DNA of 64,000 bases from Octopus vulgaris (GCA_951406725.2 OX597822.1:18724001-18788000); one strand, 5' to 3'; counted from the first letter of the stretch, positions 41,601 through 53,894 are shown. Numbers and translations are program-made. Notes: generated by a model from the letters alone, not told the origin.

Positions 41601-44119
41601 AGTGTTGTCTCCCGATTCATACAAACCCATTTGCTAGCTCATACGATTAACAGAACCTCTTTACTCAGACACGGTGTTATATTAGCTATCAATAATGATA
41701 TTCCCTCTGATTTTTCTGATTTTCAAACCTATTTATCTAATGTTTATTTATCGACAATGCCGTCCCCAGTCAAATTCCCTCACACCGCTTATTGTCACGT
41801 GTCCCTTGACCTCTCTCTCTAACTAACCCTATCTCTCTCTCTCTATGTCCCCCCTTCCCATAACCATCATCGCCATGGTTCTCTATGCCCACCCCCTTCC
41901 CAAAACCATCATCGCCATATATAAAAGAGCGATCGCATTTATCGTTAACCCCACCCGCTTCAAAATATCTAAAGAATACGCACAGATCATGAATGGCTAA
42001 AAGTTAAGTGAATCGTCCAACCTCGCTACGACTACCTTCTTTCTTGCACTTATTCTTATTCTTTCTCTATTCTTCAATTTCCATCTCATTGTATTGTCCC
42101 TCATTCTTTCAGTATTCCCTCATTACCCTGTCTAGCTCAAACATTTTTTTTTTTTCGTTTAGACTTGTCTACAGGTTCATAGCCACTCTGATTTTTCAAA
42201 TTTTCGTTTAGTGTTGTCTCCCGATTCATACAAACCCATTTGCTAGCTCATACGATTAACAGAACCTCTTTACTCAGACACGGTGTTATATTAGCTATCA
42301 ATAATGATATTCCCTCTGATTTTTCTGATTTTCAAACCTATTTATCTAATGTTTATTTATCGACAATGCCGTCCCCAGTCAAATTCCCTCACACCGCTTA
42401 TTGTCACGTGTCCCTTGACCTCTCTCTCTAACTAACCCTATCTCTCTCTCTCTATGTCCCCCCTTCCCATAACCATCATCGCCATGGTTCTCTATGCCCA
42501 CCCCCTTCCCAAAACCATCATCGCCATATATAAAAGAGCGATCGCATTTATCGTTAACCCCACCCGCTTCAAAATATCTAAAGAATACGCACAGATCATG
42601 AATGGCTAAAAGTTAAGTGAATCGTCCAACCTCGCTACGACTACCTTCTTTCTTGCACTTATTCTTATTCTTTCTCTATTCTTCAATTTCCATCTCATTG
42701 TATTGTCCCTCATTCTTTCAGTATTCCCTCATTACCCTGTCTAGCTCAAACATTTTTTTTTTTTTCGTTTAGACTTGTCTACAGGTTCATAGCCACTCTG
42801 ATTTTTCAATTTTTCGTTTAGTGTTGTCTCCCGATTCATACAAACCCATTTGCTAGCTCATACGATTAACAGAACCTCTTTACTCAGACACGGTGTTATA
42901 TTAGCTATCAATAATGATATTCCCTCTGATTTTTCTGATTTTCAAACCTATTTATCTAATGTTTATTTATCGACAATGCCGTCCCCAGTCAAATTCCCTC
43001 ACACCGCTTATTGTCACGTGTCCCTTGACCTCTCTCTCTAACTAACCCTATCTCTCTCTCTCTATGTCCCCCCTTCCCATAACCATCATCGCCATGGTTC
43101 TCTATGCCCACCCCCTTCCCAAAACCATCATCGCCATATATAACAGAGCGATCGCATTTATCATTAACCCCACCCGCTTCAAAATATCTAAAGAATACGC
43201 ACAGATCATGAATGGCTAAAAGTTAAGTGAATCGTCCAACCTCGCTACGACTACCTTCTTTCTTGCACTTATTCTTATTCTTTCTCTATTCTTCAATTTC
43301 CATCTCATTGTATTGTCCCTCATTCTTTCAGTATTCCCTCATTACCCTGTCTAGCTCAAACATTTTTTTTTTTTTCGTTTAGACTTGTCTACAGGTTCAT
43401 AGCCACTCTGATTTTTCAAATTTTCGTTTAGTGTTGTCTCCCGATTCATACAAACCCATTTGCTAGCTCATACGATTAACAGAACCTCTTTACTCAGACA
43501 CGGTGTTATATTAGCTATCAATAATGATATTCCCTCTGATTTTTCTGATTTTCAAACCTATTTATCTAATGTTTATTTATCGACAATGCCGTCCCCAGTC
43601 AAATTCCCTCACACCGCTTATTGTCACGTGTCCCTTGACCTCTCTCTCTAACTAACCCTATCTCTCTCTCTCTATGTCCCCCCTTCCCATAACCATCATC
43701 GCCATGGTTCTCTATGCCCACCCCCTTCCCAAAACCATCATCGCCATATATAACAGAGCGATCGCATTTATCGTTAACCCCACCCGCTTCAAAATATCTA
43801 AAGAATACGCACAGATCATGAATGGCTAAAAGTTAAGTGAATCGTCCAACCTCGCTACGACTACCTTCTTTCTTGCACTTATTCTTATTCTTTCTCTATT
43901 CTTCAATTTCCATCTCATTGTATTGTCCCTCATTCTTTCAGTATTCCCTCATTACCCTGTCTAGCTCAAACATTTTTTTTTTTTTCGTTTAGACTTGTCT
44001 ACAGGTTCATAGCCACTCTGATTTTTCAAATTTTCGTTTAGTGTTGTCTCCCGATTCATACAAACCCATTTGCTAGCTCATACGATTAACAGAACCTCTT
44101 TACTCAGACAGACACGGTG
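35659..44119. repeat. Tandem array of ~14 units of 607-610 bp
   Basis: An identical 63-aa ORF recurs at 36147, 36756, 37366 ... 43460; units differ only by homopolymer length and a few SNPs. Confidence 0.99.
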
Positions 44120-47100
44120 CACCCGCCCTCCCACCCCCACCACGCATGCCGGAAGTTCCTATTCTCTGCCATTCCGGGGTTGCTTCCCATGAAGACTGCA
44201 AATGTTCTCACCATCCCTACCCCTCCCTACCCCTAGTCTCGATCTATGTAAGGTAATGTTCATACAGTGCAAAATATGAAAGGCTAGCGTTATGCAGGTT
44301 GTACTGAAGGCTACTTTACTACTTCATTTCTTGCACATGAATTCTGCCAAATGCGAGCTTTCTTTTCAGGTACACGAAGCTACTGTCCACCGTCCCAGGG
44401 TCTCTAGAGCCCATGCCTCCCACACCCTCAGGGTTGGCACCCTCAACGTTGGCACTCTGAAAGGTAGGTCTGGTGAGATAGTCGAGATGCTTGAACGGAG
44501 ATGTGTGGATATATGTTGCATGCAAGAAATAAGGTGGAGAGGAGGATCAGCTAGGTTCCTCACAGGCAAGGAACGCAGGTACAAGATTTTCTGGGCAGGG
44601 AAAACTGACGGGGTTGGTGGCGTGGGTATACTTATCGCTGAGAAATGGGTAGATAAAGTAATTGAGGTAATCAGAGTATGTGACAGAATACTTAAGATTA
44701 GATTAGTGCTTCATCATAGTTTAGCAACCATTATATCAGCCTATGCTCCTCAGTCGGGGCTACCCGATGGACAGAAAGACCGATTCTATGACACTCTACT
44801 GCAGACTACCTCGTTGACGAACGACAGAGACCTTATCTTTGTGGCTGGTGACTTCAATGGTCACGTTGGACGACATGCTGGGGGCTTCCATGACGTACAT
44901 GGAGGCTATGGCTATGGCTCCCGCAACGAGGAGGGAACCAGGCTGCTGGAGTTCTGCGATGCAAATAATCTTATGATTTGCAACACTAACTTCAGGAAAC
45001 CTACCAGCCACCTAGTCACTTACCAATCGGGCCAACATACCAGCCAAATCGACTACATCCTTACAAGGCAAAGGGAGAGATGGCTGCTTATAAATGCCAA
45101 AACCTTCCCAGGTGAAGAATGTACACCACAACATAGACTGGTAGTTAGTGACTTTAGGATCAGGACTAGGAGGACAACCAGAAGACGACAAATATGGAGA
45201 AGAAGGATCTGGAAGCTTAAAGATCCTGCAAATGGACAGAGATTTAGGGACATATTACTTGAAGCCTCTGACGAAGTAGAAGGGGATAGAGCATCACAGG
45301 GGGTAGAAGACAGCTGGACGTTTCTAAGGGACAACCTGCTGAGAGCCACTGACCAGATCTGTGACTGGTGCAAAGTCCCCTCTCGACCTAGAATAACGTG
45401 GTGGTGGAACAATATTGTAGACAGGGCTATTAGAGAAAAGAGACAGGCTTGGAAGGTCTGGAAAAATGGGGGTAGCAGGGGATTGTATCAGACTGCCAAA
45501 AGAGAAGCTAGGAGACAGGTTTATTTAGCCAGAGGGGAAGCAGATAAGAAAAAATTTGCCAATGTCCTGCGCCGTGAGGACCAAAGACTGGAGGTGTTTC
45601 GTGTTGCAAGACAGTGTGTGAGAGAGAATCGTGATGTGGTAGGAGAGAAGTGTGTTCGCATGGAAGATGGTTCACTTGCGCTAAATGAGGATGCAAAGAG
45701 AGAGGTTTGGAGATGCCACTATGAAAGGTTGCTGAATGAAGAAAATGAATGGGATAAAGAGAGTCTGCCGAATGTTGACCCAACAGAGGGACCAGCTATC
45801 CGAGTTGATAGTTCCGTGGTAGCTAAGGCAATTAGAAGCATGAAGACAGGGAAAGCCCCAGGCCCATCAGGAATCACTGCAGAGATGCTCAAAATGTCTG
45901 GTAGTGTCGGCTATAGCCTAGTCACCCGTATAGTTAATCAGGTGATACACAAAGGGGTCATACCCAATGACTGGTGTAGCAGTATAATAGTCAACTGCTA
46001 CAAAGGTAAAGGTGATGCCCTAGATACAAATAACTACAGAGGTATCAAGCTGTTGGACCAGGTGATGAAGGTTACGGAGAAGGTCATAGCCCAACTAATT
46101 AGAGAGAGAGTTAGTTTAGATGAGATGCAGTTTGGGTTTGTGCCAGGGAAAAGTACTACTGATGCTATATTCCTGGTAAGGCAGCTGCAGGAGAAATACC
46201 TAGCCAAAGATAAGCCCCTGTACCTGGCTTTTGTTGACATGGAGAAAGCCTTCGACAGGGTCCCCCGATCCCTTATCTGGTGGGCAATGAGGAAACTAGG
46301 GATAGATGAATGGTTAGTGAGAGCTGTGCGGGCCATGTACAGGGACGCCGCTAGTAGGGTGAGGGTTGGAAATGTGTACAGTGAAGAATTCCGGGTAGAG
46401 GTAGGAGTCCACCAAGGCTCAGTACTCAGCCCCCTCCTATTTATCATAGTCCTCCAGGCAATAACGGAGGAATTCAAGACAGGATGCCCTTGGGAGCTCC
46501 TCTATGCTGATGACCTTGCTCTAATTGCTGAGTCGCTATCAGAACTGGAGGAGAAGTTTCAGGTGTGGAAACAAGGATTAGAATCGAAGGGCCTCAGAGT
46601 CAATCTAGCTAAAACCAAAGTCGTAATCAGTAGGAAGGTAGACAAATCACAAACACCTTCAGGTAGATGGCCCTGCTCGATCTGTAGAAAAGGTGTAGGT
46701 AGAAACTCTATAAGATGCACCAAGTGTAAGCTATGGACACATAAGAGATGCAGCAATGTCAAAGGAAGGCTAACTAGGAAGATGGTTTTTGTATGTGGCA
46801 GATGCTCAGGAACAATAAACACTGAAAATTCTCTGAGACCAACTTCCGTCACTTTCCAGGGAGAAAAACTAGAAATAGTTGATAGTTTCCGTTACCTAGG
46901 TGACCAAGTCAGCAGCGGGGGCGGGTGTGCTGAAAGTGTAACTGCTAGAGTAAGAATAGCTTGGGCAAAGTTCAGAGAGCTCTTACCTCTGCTGGTGACA
47001 AAAGGCCTCTCGCACAGAGTGAAAGGCAGACTGTATGATGCGTGTGTACGAACAGCCATGCTACATGGCAGTGAAACATGGGCCGTGACTGCTGAGGATA

Positions 47101-48045
47101 TGCGTAAGCTCGCTAGAAATGAAGCCAGTATGCTCCGATGGATGTGTAATGCCGGTACTCACACTCGGCAGAGTGTAAGTACCTTGAGAGAAAAGCTGGT
47201 CCTAAGAAGCATCAGTTGTGGTGTGCAAGAGAGACGTTTGCGCTGGTATGGTCATGTGGCGAGAATGGATGAAGATAGTTGTGTGAAAAAGTGCCACACC
47301 CTAGCGGTTGAGGGAACCTGTGGAAGAGGCAGACCCAGGAAAACCTGGGACGAGGTGGTGAAGCACGACCTTCGAACTTTAGGTCTCACTGAGGAAATGA
47401 CTAGAGACCGAGACCTCTGGAAGTGTGCTGTGCACGAGAAGACCCGGCAGGACAAGTGAGTCCATAACCCATGGCCTTCTACATGGGATGGAGCCAGCCT
47501 ACGTATGCATACCTTCCCTACTTGGGACACAAAACTCTACTTGTGAAGACGTGATGAGGCAAGTGAGGATCAGAATCGAAATCGATCAATGGAAATTGCG
47601 GATGTGCTACCAGTGCCGGTGGCATGTCAAAACTCTGCTTGTGAAGACCCGTTGAGGCAAGTGACGATCAGAATCGAAATCGATCAATGGAAATCGATCA
47701 ATGGAAATTGCAGATGTGTTACCAGTGCCGGTGGCATGTAAGAGAACTTTCCGTTTCGCGACCGTTGCCAGCCTCGCCCGGCCCTCGTGCCGGTGGCACA
47801 TAAAAAGCACCATCCATTCGTGGCCGTTTGCCAGCTCTGTCTGGCACCAGTGCGGGTGGCACGTAAAAAGCACCCACTACACTCACGGAGTGGTTGGCGT
47901 TAGGAAGGGCATCCAGCCGTAGAAACACTGCCAGATTTGACTGGGTCTGATGAAGCCTTCTGGCTTCACAGACCCCAGTAGAACCGTCCAACCCATGCTA
48001 GCATGGAAAACGGACGCTAAACGATGATGATGATGATGATGATGA

Positions 48046-48048
<3 letters not shown>
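44120..48048 (+). mobile_element. Intact RTE-clade LINE
   Basis: Short leader, a single APE-RT ORF, ~590-bp 3' UTR with a stem-loop and (GAT)n tail, then (TA)n. Confidence 0.96.
44292..47459 (+). CDS. RTE ORF: APE endonuclease + reverse transcriptase + internal PHD-type zinc finger (1055 aa)
   Basis: Uninterrupted ORF with GTLNVGTL, MQE, GDFNGH, IDYIL, KAPGPSG, YRGIKLL, DMEKAFDRV, HQGSVLSPLLF, LYADD, FRYLG and GRGRPRKTW. Confidence 0.97.
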   Translation: MQVVLKATLLLHFLHMNSAKCELSFQVHEATVHRPRVSRAHASHTLRVGTLNVGTLKGRSGEIVEMLERRCVDICCMQEIRWRGGSARFLTGKERRYKIFWAGKTDGVGGVGILIAEKWVDKVIEVIRVCDRILKIRLVLHHSLATIISAYAPQSGLPDGQKDRFYDTLLQTTSLTNDRDLIFVAGDFNGHVGRHAGGFHDVHGGYGYGSRNEEGTRLLEFCDANNLMICNTNFRKPTSHLVTYQSGQHTSQIDYILTRQRERWLLINAKTFPGEECTPQHRLVVSDFRIRTRRTTRRRQIWRRRIWKLKDPANGQRFRDILLEASDEVEGDRASQGVEDSWTFLRDNLLRATDQICDWCKVPSRPRITWWWNNIVDRAIREKRQAWKVWKNGGSRGLYQTAKREARRQVYLARGEADKKKFANVLRREDQRLEVFRVARQCVRENRDVVGEKCVRMEDGSLALNEDAKREVWRCHYERLLNEENEWDKESLPNVDPTEGPAIRVDSSVVAKAIRSMKTGKAPGPSGITAEMLKMSGSVGYSLVTRIVNQVIHKGVIPNDWCSSIIVNCYKGKGDALDTNNYRGIKLLDQVMKVTEKVIAQLIRERVSLDEMQFGFVPGKSTTDAIFLVRQLQEKYLAKDKPLYLAFVDMEKAFDRVPRSLIWWAMRKLGIDEWLVRAVRAMYRDAASRVRVGNVYSEEFRVEVGVHQGSVLSPLLFIIVLQAITEEFKTGCPWELLYADDLALIAESLSELEEKFQVWKQGLESKGLRVNLAKTKVVISRKVDKSQTPSGRWPCSICRKGVGRNSIRCTKCKLWTHKRCSNVKGRLTRKMVFVCGRCSGTINTENSLRPTSVTFQGEKLEIVDSFRYLGDQVSSGGGCAESVTARVRIAWAKFRELLPLLVTKGLSHRVKGRLYDACVRTAMLHGSETWAVTAEDMRKLARNEASMLRWMCNAGTHTRQSVSTLREKLVLRSISCGVQERRLRWYGHVARMDEDSCVKKCHTLAVEGTCGRGRPRKTWDEVVKHDLRTLGLTEEMTRDRDLWKCAVHEKTRQDK

Positions 48049-48082
<34 letters not shown>

Positions 48083-48160
48083 TACTTGGAGAACAGAAAA
48101 GAAACAAAACGACGCGAGGGCGCTCAGTCATGCAATAAATTAATAAATAAAATATATGCA

Positions 48161-48193
<33 letters not shown>

Positions 48194-48347
48194 GTATGTA
48201 ACTACATCTACATGTATATATACATGCACATATAAATATATATGTGAGTACGTACTCACATATATATATATTTATATGTGCATGTATATATGCATGTAGA
48301 TGTAGGTACGTACATATATGAATGTATGTATGCATATATTTTATTTA

Positions 48348-48383
<36 letters not shown>

Positions 48384-49165
48384 AGTTTTTATTGTTTTTT
48401 TTTTCAATTTTGTTTCTTTTTTCAGTAGGAGTAACGTCTATTAAGGACTACTGAATTTTACTAAATGTGGATGAATGAGGTGAAAATATATGAAAAACAT
48501 AAATGAGATAAACATGTTATGAATACTGTAATTATGAGAAGCTGTATGAATAAGGTAAAAGATGTATGAATCTGAAAGATGTAACTATAACATCAAAGGA
48601 GGAATAATAATAGTAATAATAATAATAATAATGATAATAATAATAATAATAATAAATAAAACAACCAAAAGGGCAAAAAAAATTATATTCAGATAAAAAC
48701 CATTGCATCAAATCTTTGAGGAAAGTAATAACTGACAGTATTTTTCACTGTTAATATAGCTTGTAAAAATACTGTGGAAACTGATTTGAAAAGCAAAGTG
48801 AATAATATATGTGTGTGTGTGTGTGTGTGTGTCTATAATATATGTAGGGGTGTGGTTTTTAAAAATTCTGTGTCTCAATAGTTGGTAATTAGAACTAAAA
48901 TTGTTTTAGTCTTCGTTCAGTGTCGACAACGTATTCAACTTGTAATAACTGAAATACTGATTAAACAAGTTGAATATATATTACAAGATGTAAAACATAA
49001 GTTCTACTCATAAATTTATACATTTAAAAAATTTTATTTGTATTGTTTTGATTTATTACTTTTATTTATTTTTGTTTGTATTCTCTTTCGGTTGGCGGAT
49101 TAAAAGACAGTGTTTTAGTGAGCTGAGCAGAGTATAGCTTTTAAGAAATAGGCAAAAATTGTTGG

Positions 49166-49212
<47 letters not shown>

Positions 49213-49249
49213 GTTTATATATATATATATAAAAACTTACAGTAAGCAT

Positions 49250-49284
<35 letters not shown>

Positions 49285-50717
49285 GTATATATATATGTAT
49301 ATATATGTATATATATATATATGTATATATATGTGTGTGTATGTATATATATATATGTATATGTATGTATGTGTAAATGTGGAATAGCTTGTGAAGAGAC
49401 AAAATCAATATAGATGTATTGGTAAAAGTATTGAATCAAGAAAAAAAGATGTGGAGAAATAAATAAGAAACTCCCAGACTCTAGGTCAAAGGCTAATGCC
49501 AACACAAAGTCACTCCATTGATCAGCTGTGGAATCTTTGCTTTGCACAAGTTTGCTGTATGTTTTTGAGATGTTTTTATTGGTTTCTCGGCTTTGGATTT
49601 GTCAAATTCTTGACTGAAAACGGAAAAGAAACAATGAAGAATTTGGCCATTTTGTCATTTATAATATAACATTTTTCATGCCAGTTTTGTTTTGTTTTCT
49701 TCTTTCTTGTGTGATGAGAAAGAAATCTATTTTAATGTTCTTTTATACTGTAGTGCATCTAGGTTGAAATATTCTCTGAGATAACTGGCACATGTGTGCA
49801 CATGCACACACACACACACACGTATGAAATAACTTTATTTACTTGTTGATCTTACGTTAACATACTTTTGAAGAAAGAGAGTTTATAAATTGAAATGCCC
49901 CTAGTTTATGTGTGGTACTTATTAACTCAAGAACGATGGAAGAGACTCTGACAGGATTTGAACTCAAAATCTTTGGGCCTCTGATACTCTCCCACTTTTG
50001 CCAATCAATCACCTTAATTAATAATGTTATAAATAATAAAATAGTAAATGATTGATTAATACAATCCCGTTGTCTTAACATTGGGCAAGCAAGCATGATT
50101 TATGTCCAACTTTCCATGAAAAACAGGGAATTATCACCTTGCTTGAATACAGTTTAGGGTAATCAACAAGAAAGGCATCCAGCCATAAAAAATTTGTCTC
50201 AACAAATGCCACTTGACCTATGCAAGCATGGAAATGTGGATGACGATGGTGATGGTGGCAGTGGTGGTGATGATGAATAAATGTCTTTAACATCCGCTCA
50301 TCTTCACAAGAAGAAGACCACAGTCTAAAACACTGCTCAAATCCACTTTTGCTATTAGTCGTTATCCATGGTATGCTTCACTAAAGCTATACATGGCATC
50401 CTTCTTTAAAATCCTTTGCCTTCACAAGAATGAGACCATTACCCAAAGTGTGTTGTGCACAAACACTGCTTTCCAGTTCCCTTTCATCATTGGTCCTTAG
50501 TCAACACATTGCATCTGGTTTGATCATTATTAATTTGTGGCATGTCCATCACAAAACCCTACCAACTTGACCAGGCTTTGCAGCTTGATTCTCGGTGTCC
50601 AGCAACACATACAATCCTCTCAAAATACATCTAATGCAAAAGAACATTTTTCCGCACTTCTACAATTAACCTTTCTTTAATTTGTATTTATTAATAATGA
50701 AGACATTTATAATGACA

Positions 50718-50870
50718 GGCACAGACATAGCCATGTGGATATGGAGTTTGCTTCATAACCACACGGTTTGGGGTTCCATCTCACTTCTTGACATTTTAAG
50801 TAAGCATCTTGTACTATAGCTTCAGGTCAATCAATACATTGGTAGTGGAAGTCATAGATGGAAACTAGAA
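50718..50870 (+). mobile_element. 5' part of a tRNA-derived SINE
   Basis: Diverged match to the SINE head (AACCACACGGTTTGGGGTTC ... CATCTTGTACTATAGC ... GATGGAAACT). Confidence 0.55.
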
Positions 50871-50988
50871 GTGGTTATGTTAACCTCATAAAAGGATGGT
50901 GACATCCAAGGGAATACTGGTTTAATACCTAGTATTATTTGGGAATGAAATTCCCTTAAAATTATTGGTATATATTAAGCATATAGTT

Positions 50989-51361
50989 CATATCCAGCTA
51001 AATGAAGAATAGAAAATGGAGAGTTGAAAGTTAATAATTATTTATTATCAACAAATTGGTAATCTTTACTTACAGCTGTTTCCATTAATATTCAATAATT
51101 AAATTACAAATTTGTGCATTAAATTTGCCTTAATATGATATGAGCATAATTTCATCGGAGAAAAAAGATATACCTTAAGATGTTACATGCCAATCTATCA
51201 GTTGATACGAGCAGACTCAATTTAATGCACAAATATGTAATTTAATTATTATTGAGTATTAATGGAAATAGCTGTAAGAAGCAAAGATTACCAATTTGTT
51301 GATAATAAATAATTATTAACTTTCAACTCTCCATTTTCTTTTCTACATTTAACTGGATATG
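50989..51361. repeat. Inverted repeat (~140-bp arms, ~90-bp spacer)
   Basis: GAAAATGGAGAGTTGAAAGTTAATAATTATTTATTATCAACAAATTGGTAATCTTT and its exact reverse complement near 51284-51340. Confidence 0.9.
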
Positions 51362-51363
51362 GA

Positions 51364-51425
<62 letters not shown>

Positions 51426-51441
51426 TTTATTATATAGAAGG

Positions 51442-51492
51442 AGCTTCTACAGGACTAGTACTGTTTCATTCAAGAGAAATCTTCAGGAAGCT
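51442..51492 (-). ncRNA. Type I hammerhead ribozyme motif (mirror copy)
   Basis: Exact reverse complement of 55741-55791. Confidence 0.7.
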
Positions 51493-51865
51493 ATTTAACA
51501 AGAATTGTATTAGCATTTATACATTTAGGCAGGTTTAAAGGAGTGGTGGTGGGGGACTTTTTGGGGGTAGGCATAGCGCAAAATATCATACTTGGGGGAG
51601 TGGTCAAGGAGTCAGTGGTAAGTTAGATGAAAGAATAGATAAATAAAAAAATAAAAAAATAAAAAATAAAAAAATAAAATAAAATAAAAAAATAAAAAAT
51701 ATAAAAAATATATATAAAAAAATATATATATAAAATATATATATAAAAAAATATATATATAAAAAAAGGGGGGATAGAGTTATAGGTAAATAAGGAGATT
51801 CTCACTTATACCTATACACACATGTATACGTATCTACACACACATACATACATACACATATATCT

Positions 51866-51919
<54 letters not shown>

Positions 51920-52792
51920 ATATGTACACACATACATACATATCTACATACACACATACATACACCCGCCCACATATACAAATTTATACACATGCACATG
52001 CCTATACCTGTCTACACATACACACACGTATATATGCATACACTCACTCCCATGCATGCACGCATACACACATGTATATATATATATATATATATATACC
52101 CACGACCACACATACATATATACACATAAAAAATATATATTCATACGCACATACACTCATGCACACACAACACACCTAGTTCCCTATATACACATATTTA
52201 CACCTATATATACATACACCCACATACACCTATGTACACATATATATATATAAACATATACACGCATACATATATATACATGTGTGCACATACATACATA
52301 CACACATATATACATACACATACACGTACACATGTGTACCTATACATACCTACACATACACACATACATACATACAAATATACATATACATATATATATA
52401 TACAATCCAATACAGGCCCATTCCCTAATTTTAATTTTATTATCTTCATTTATTACTTTTGTTATCTTTGATCGCTAGGGCTAAGAATCCTGGCAATGGC
52501 TGCATGTCCATTTGTCTGTCTACTAGAAGGCAAGTACTCATTCCCGCACGCACACTCATTAGCACGTACATTCACCCATTCGTACACTCATACACATACA
52601 CGTACGCACGCGTTATATTCATACATACAAACATCTACATACGTTCACGTATATACACATACGTACTCGTACCTACAGATTCGTGTCTACACTTTAGGAG
52701 GCTAGTCTATACATATACACCAATAAATATACATATATATATATATACCCGCATATACATACACACACACACATATATACTCCTACATACAG

Positions 52793-52851
<59 letters not shown>

Positions 52852-53340
52852 CATACACATACACACATACACATATATATACACACACATACATACACAT
52901 ATATATACATACACAAACATATATACACACATATATATATACATACACACATACATACGTATACATACATACATACATCCATACATCCATACTTACATGC
53001 ATTTATACGCATACACACACCCATCTATATATATGTATATATATATATATATATATAACACACTCACACATACATATACAAATCTACGCACACACATACA
53101 TACATACACATATACGCATACACGCACATACACATATACATGCGTACCCATACACGTGCACACACGCACGCGCATCCATATATATACACACACACACATA
53201 TATATACACGTGTGCAAGCATACATACATACTCATACGCGCACACATACTTACAAATACATATATGCACACACTTACACACATATATATACATACACATA
53301 TACATGCATACATACATATATGCATACATACACACACGCA

Positions 53341-53394
<54 letters not shown>

Positions 53395-53435
53395 TAGATA
53401 TATATACACATACACATACATACACACATATACAC

Positions 53436-53470
<35 letters not shown>

Positions 53471-53806
53471 TACATATATACACATATACATACATATACA
53501 TACACACACACATACATATATACATATACACTGATACACATACCCATACATACACATGCATATACTTATATCACTACATACTCACATATATAAACATATA
53601 TACATATACACACATACATATATATATATGCATACGTATGTGTATGTACATGTATATATGTATGTGTGTATATGTATATATGTTTATATATGTGAGTATG
53701 TAGTGATATAAGTATATGCATGTGTATGTATGGGTATGTGTATCAGTGTATATGTATATATGTATGTGTGTGTGTATGTATATGTATGTATATGTGTATA
53801 TATGTA

Positions 53807-53843
<37 letters not shown>

Positions 53844-53894
53844 GTGTATATGTGTGTATGTATGTGTATGTGTATGTATGTGTATATATATCTA

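Noticed and set aside
36147-43651. Repeated 63-aa ORF (MLAHTINRTS...) as a tandem gene family
   Set aside because: It starts at TTG, has no recognisable motif and simply recurs with the repeat unit.
35659-44119. CRISPR-like array, or 5S/tRNA/snRNA/hammerhead repeat
   Set aside because: No variable spacers, and by eye no Pol III boxes, known RNA sequence or CUGANGA core on either strand; an Rfam search would be definitive.
44120-44200. HDV-like ribozyme at the RTE 5' end (known in some RTEs)
   Set aside because: I could not build the nested double pseudoknot by eye; it needs a descriptor search.
45120-45140. APE C-terminal motif PQH instead of SDH as an inactivating mutation
   Set aside because: The older copy also has TQH, so it is a family trait.
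47944-47978. CTGATGA in the RTE 3' UTR as a hammerhead
   Set aside because: No correctly placed GAAA/UH, it is part of a simple hairpin, and it is not conserved in other copies.
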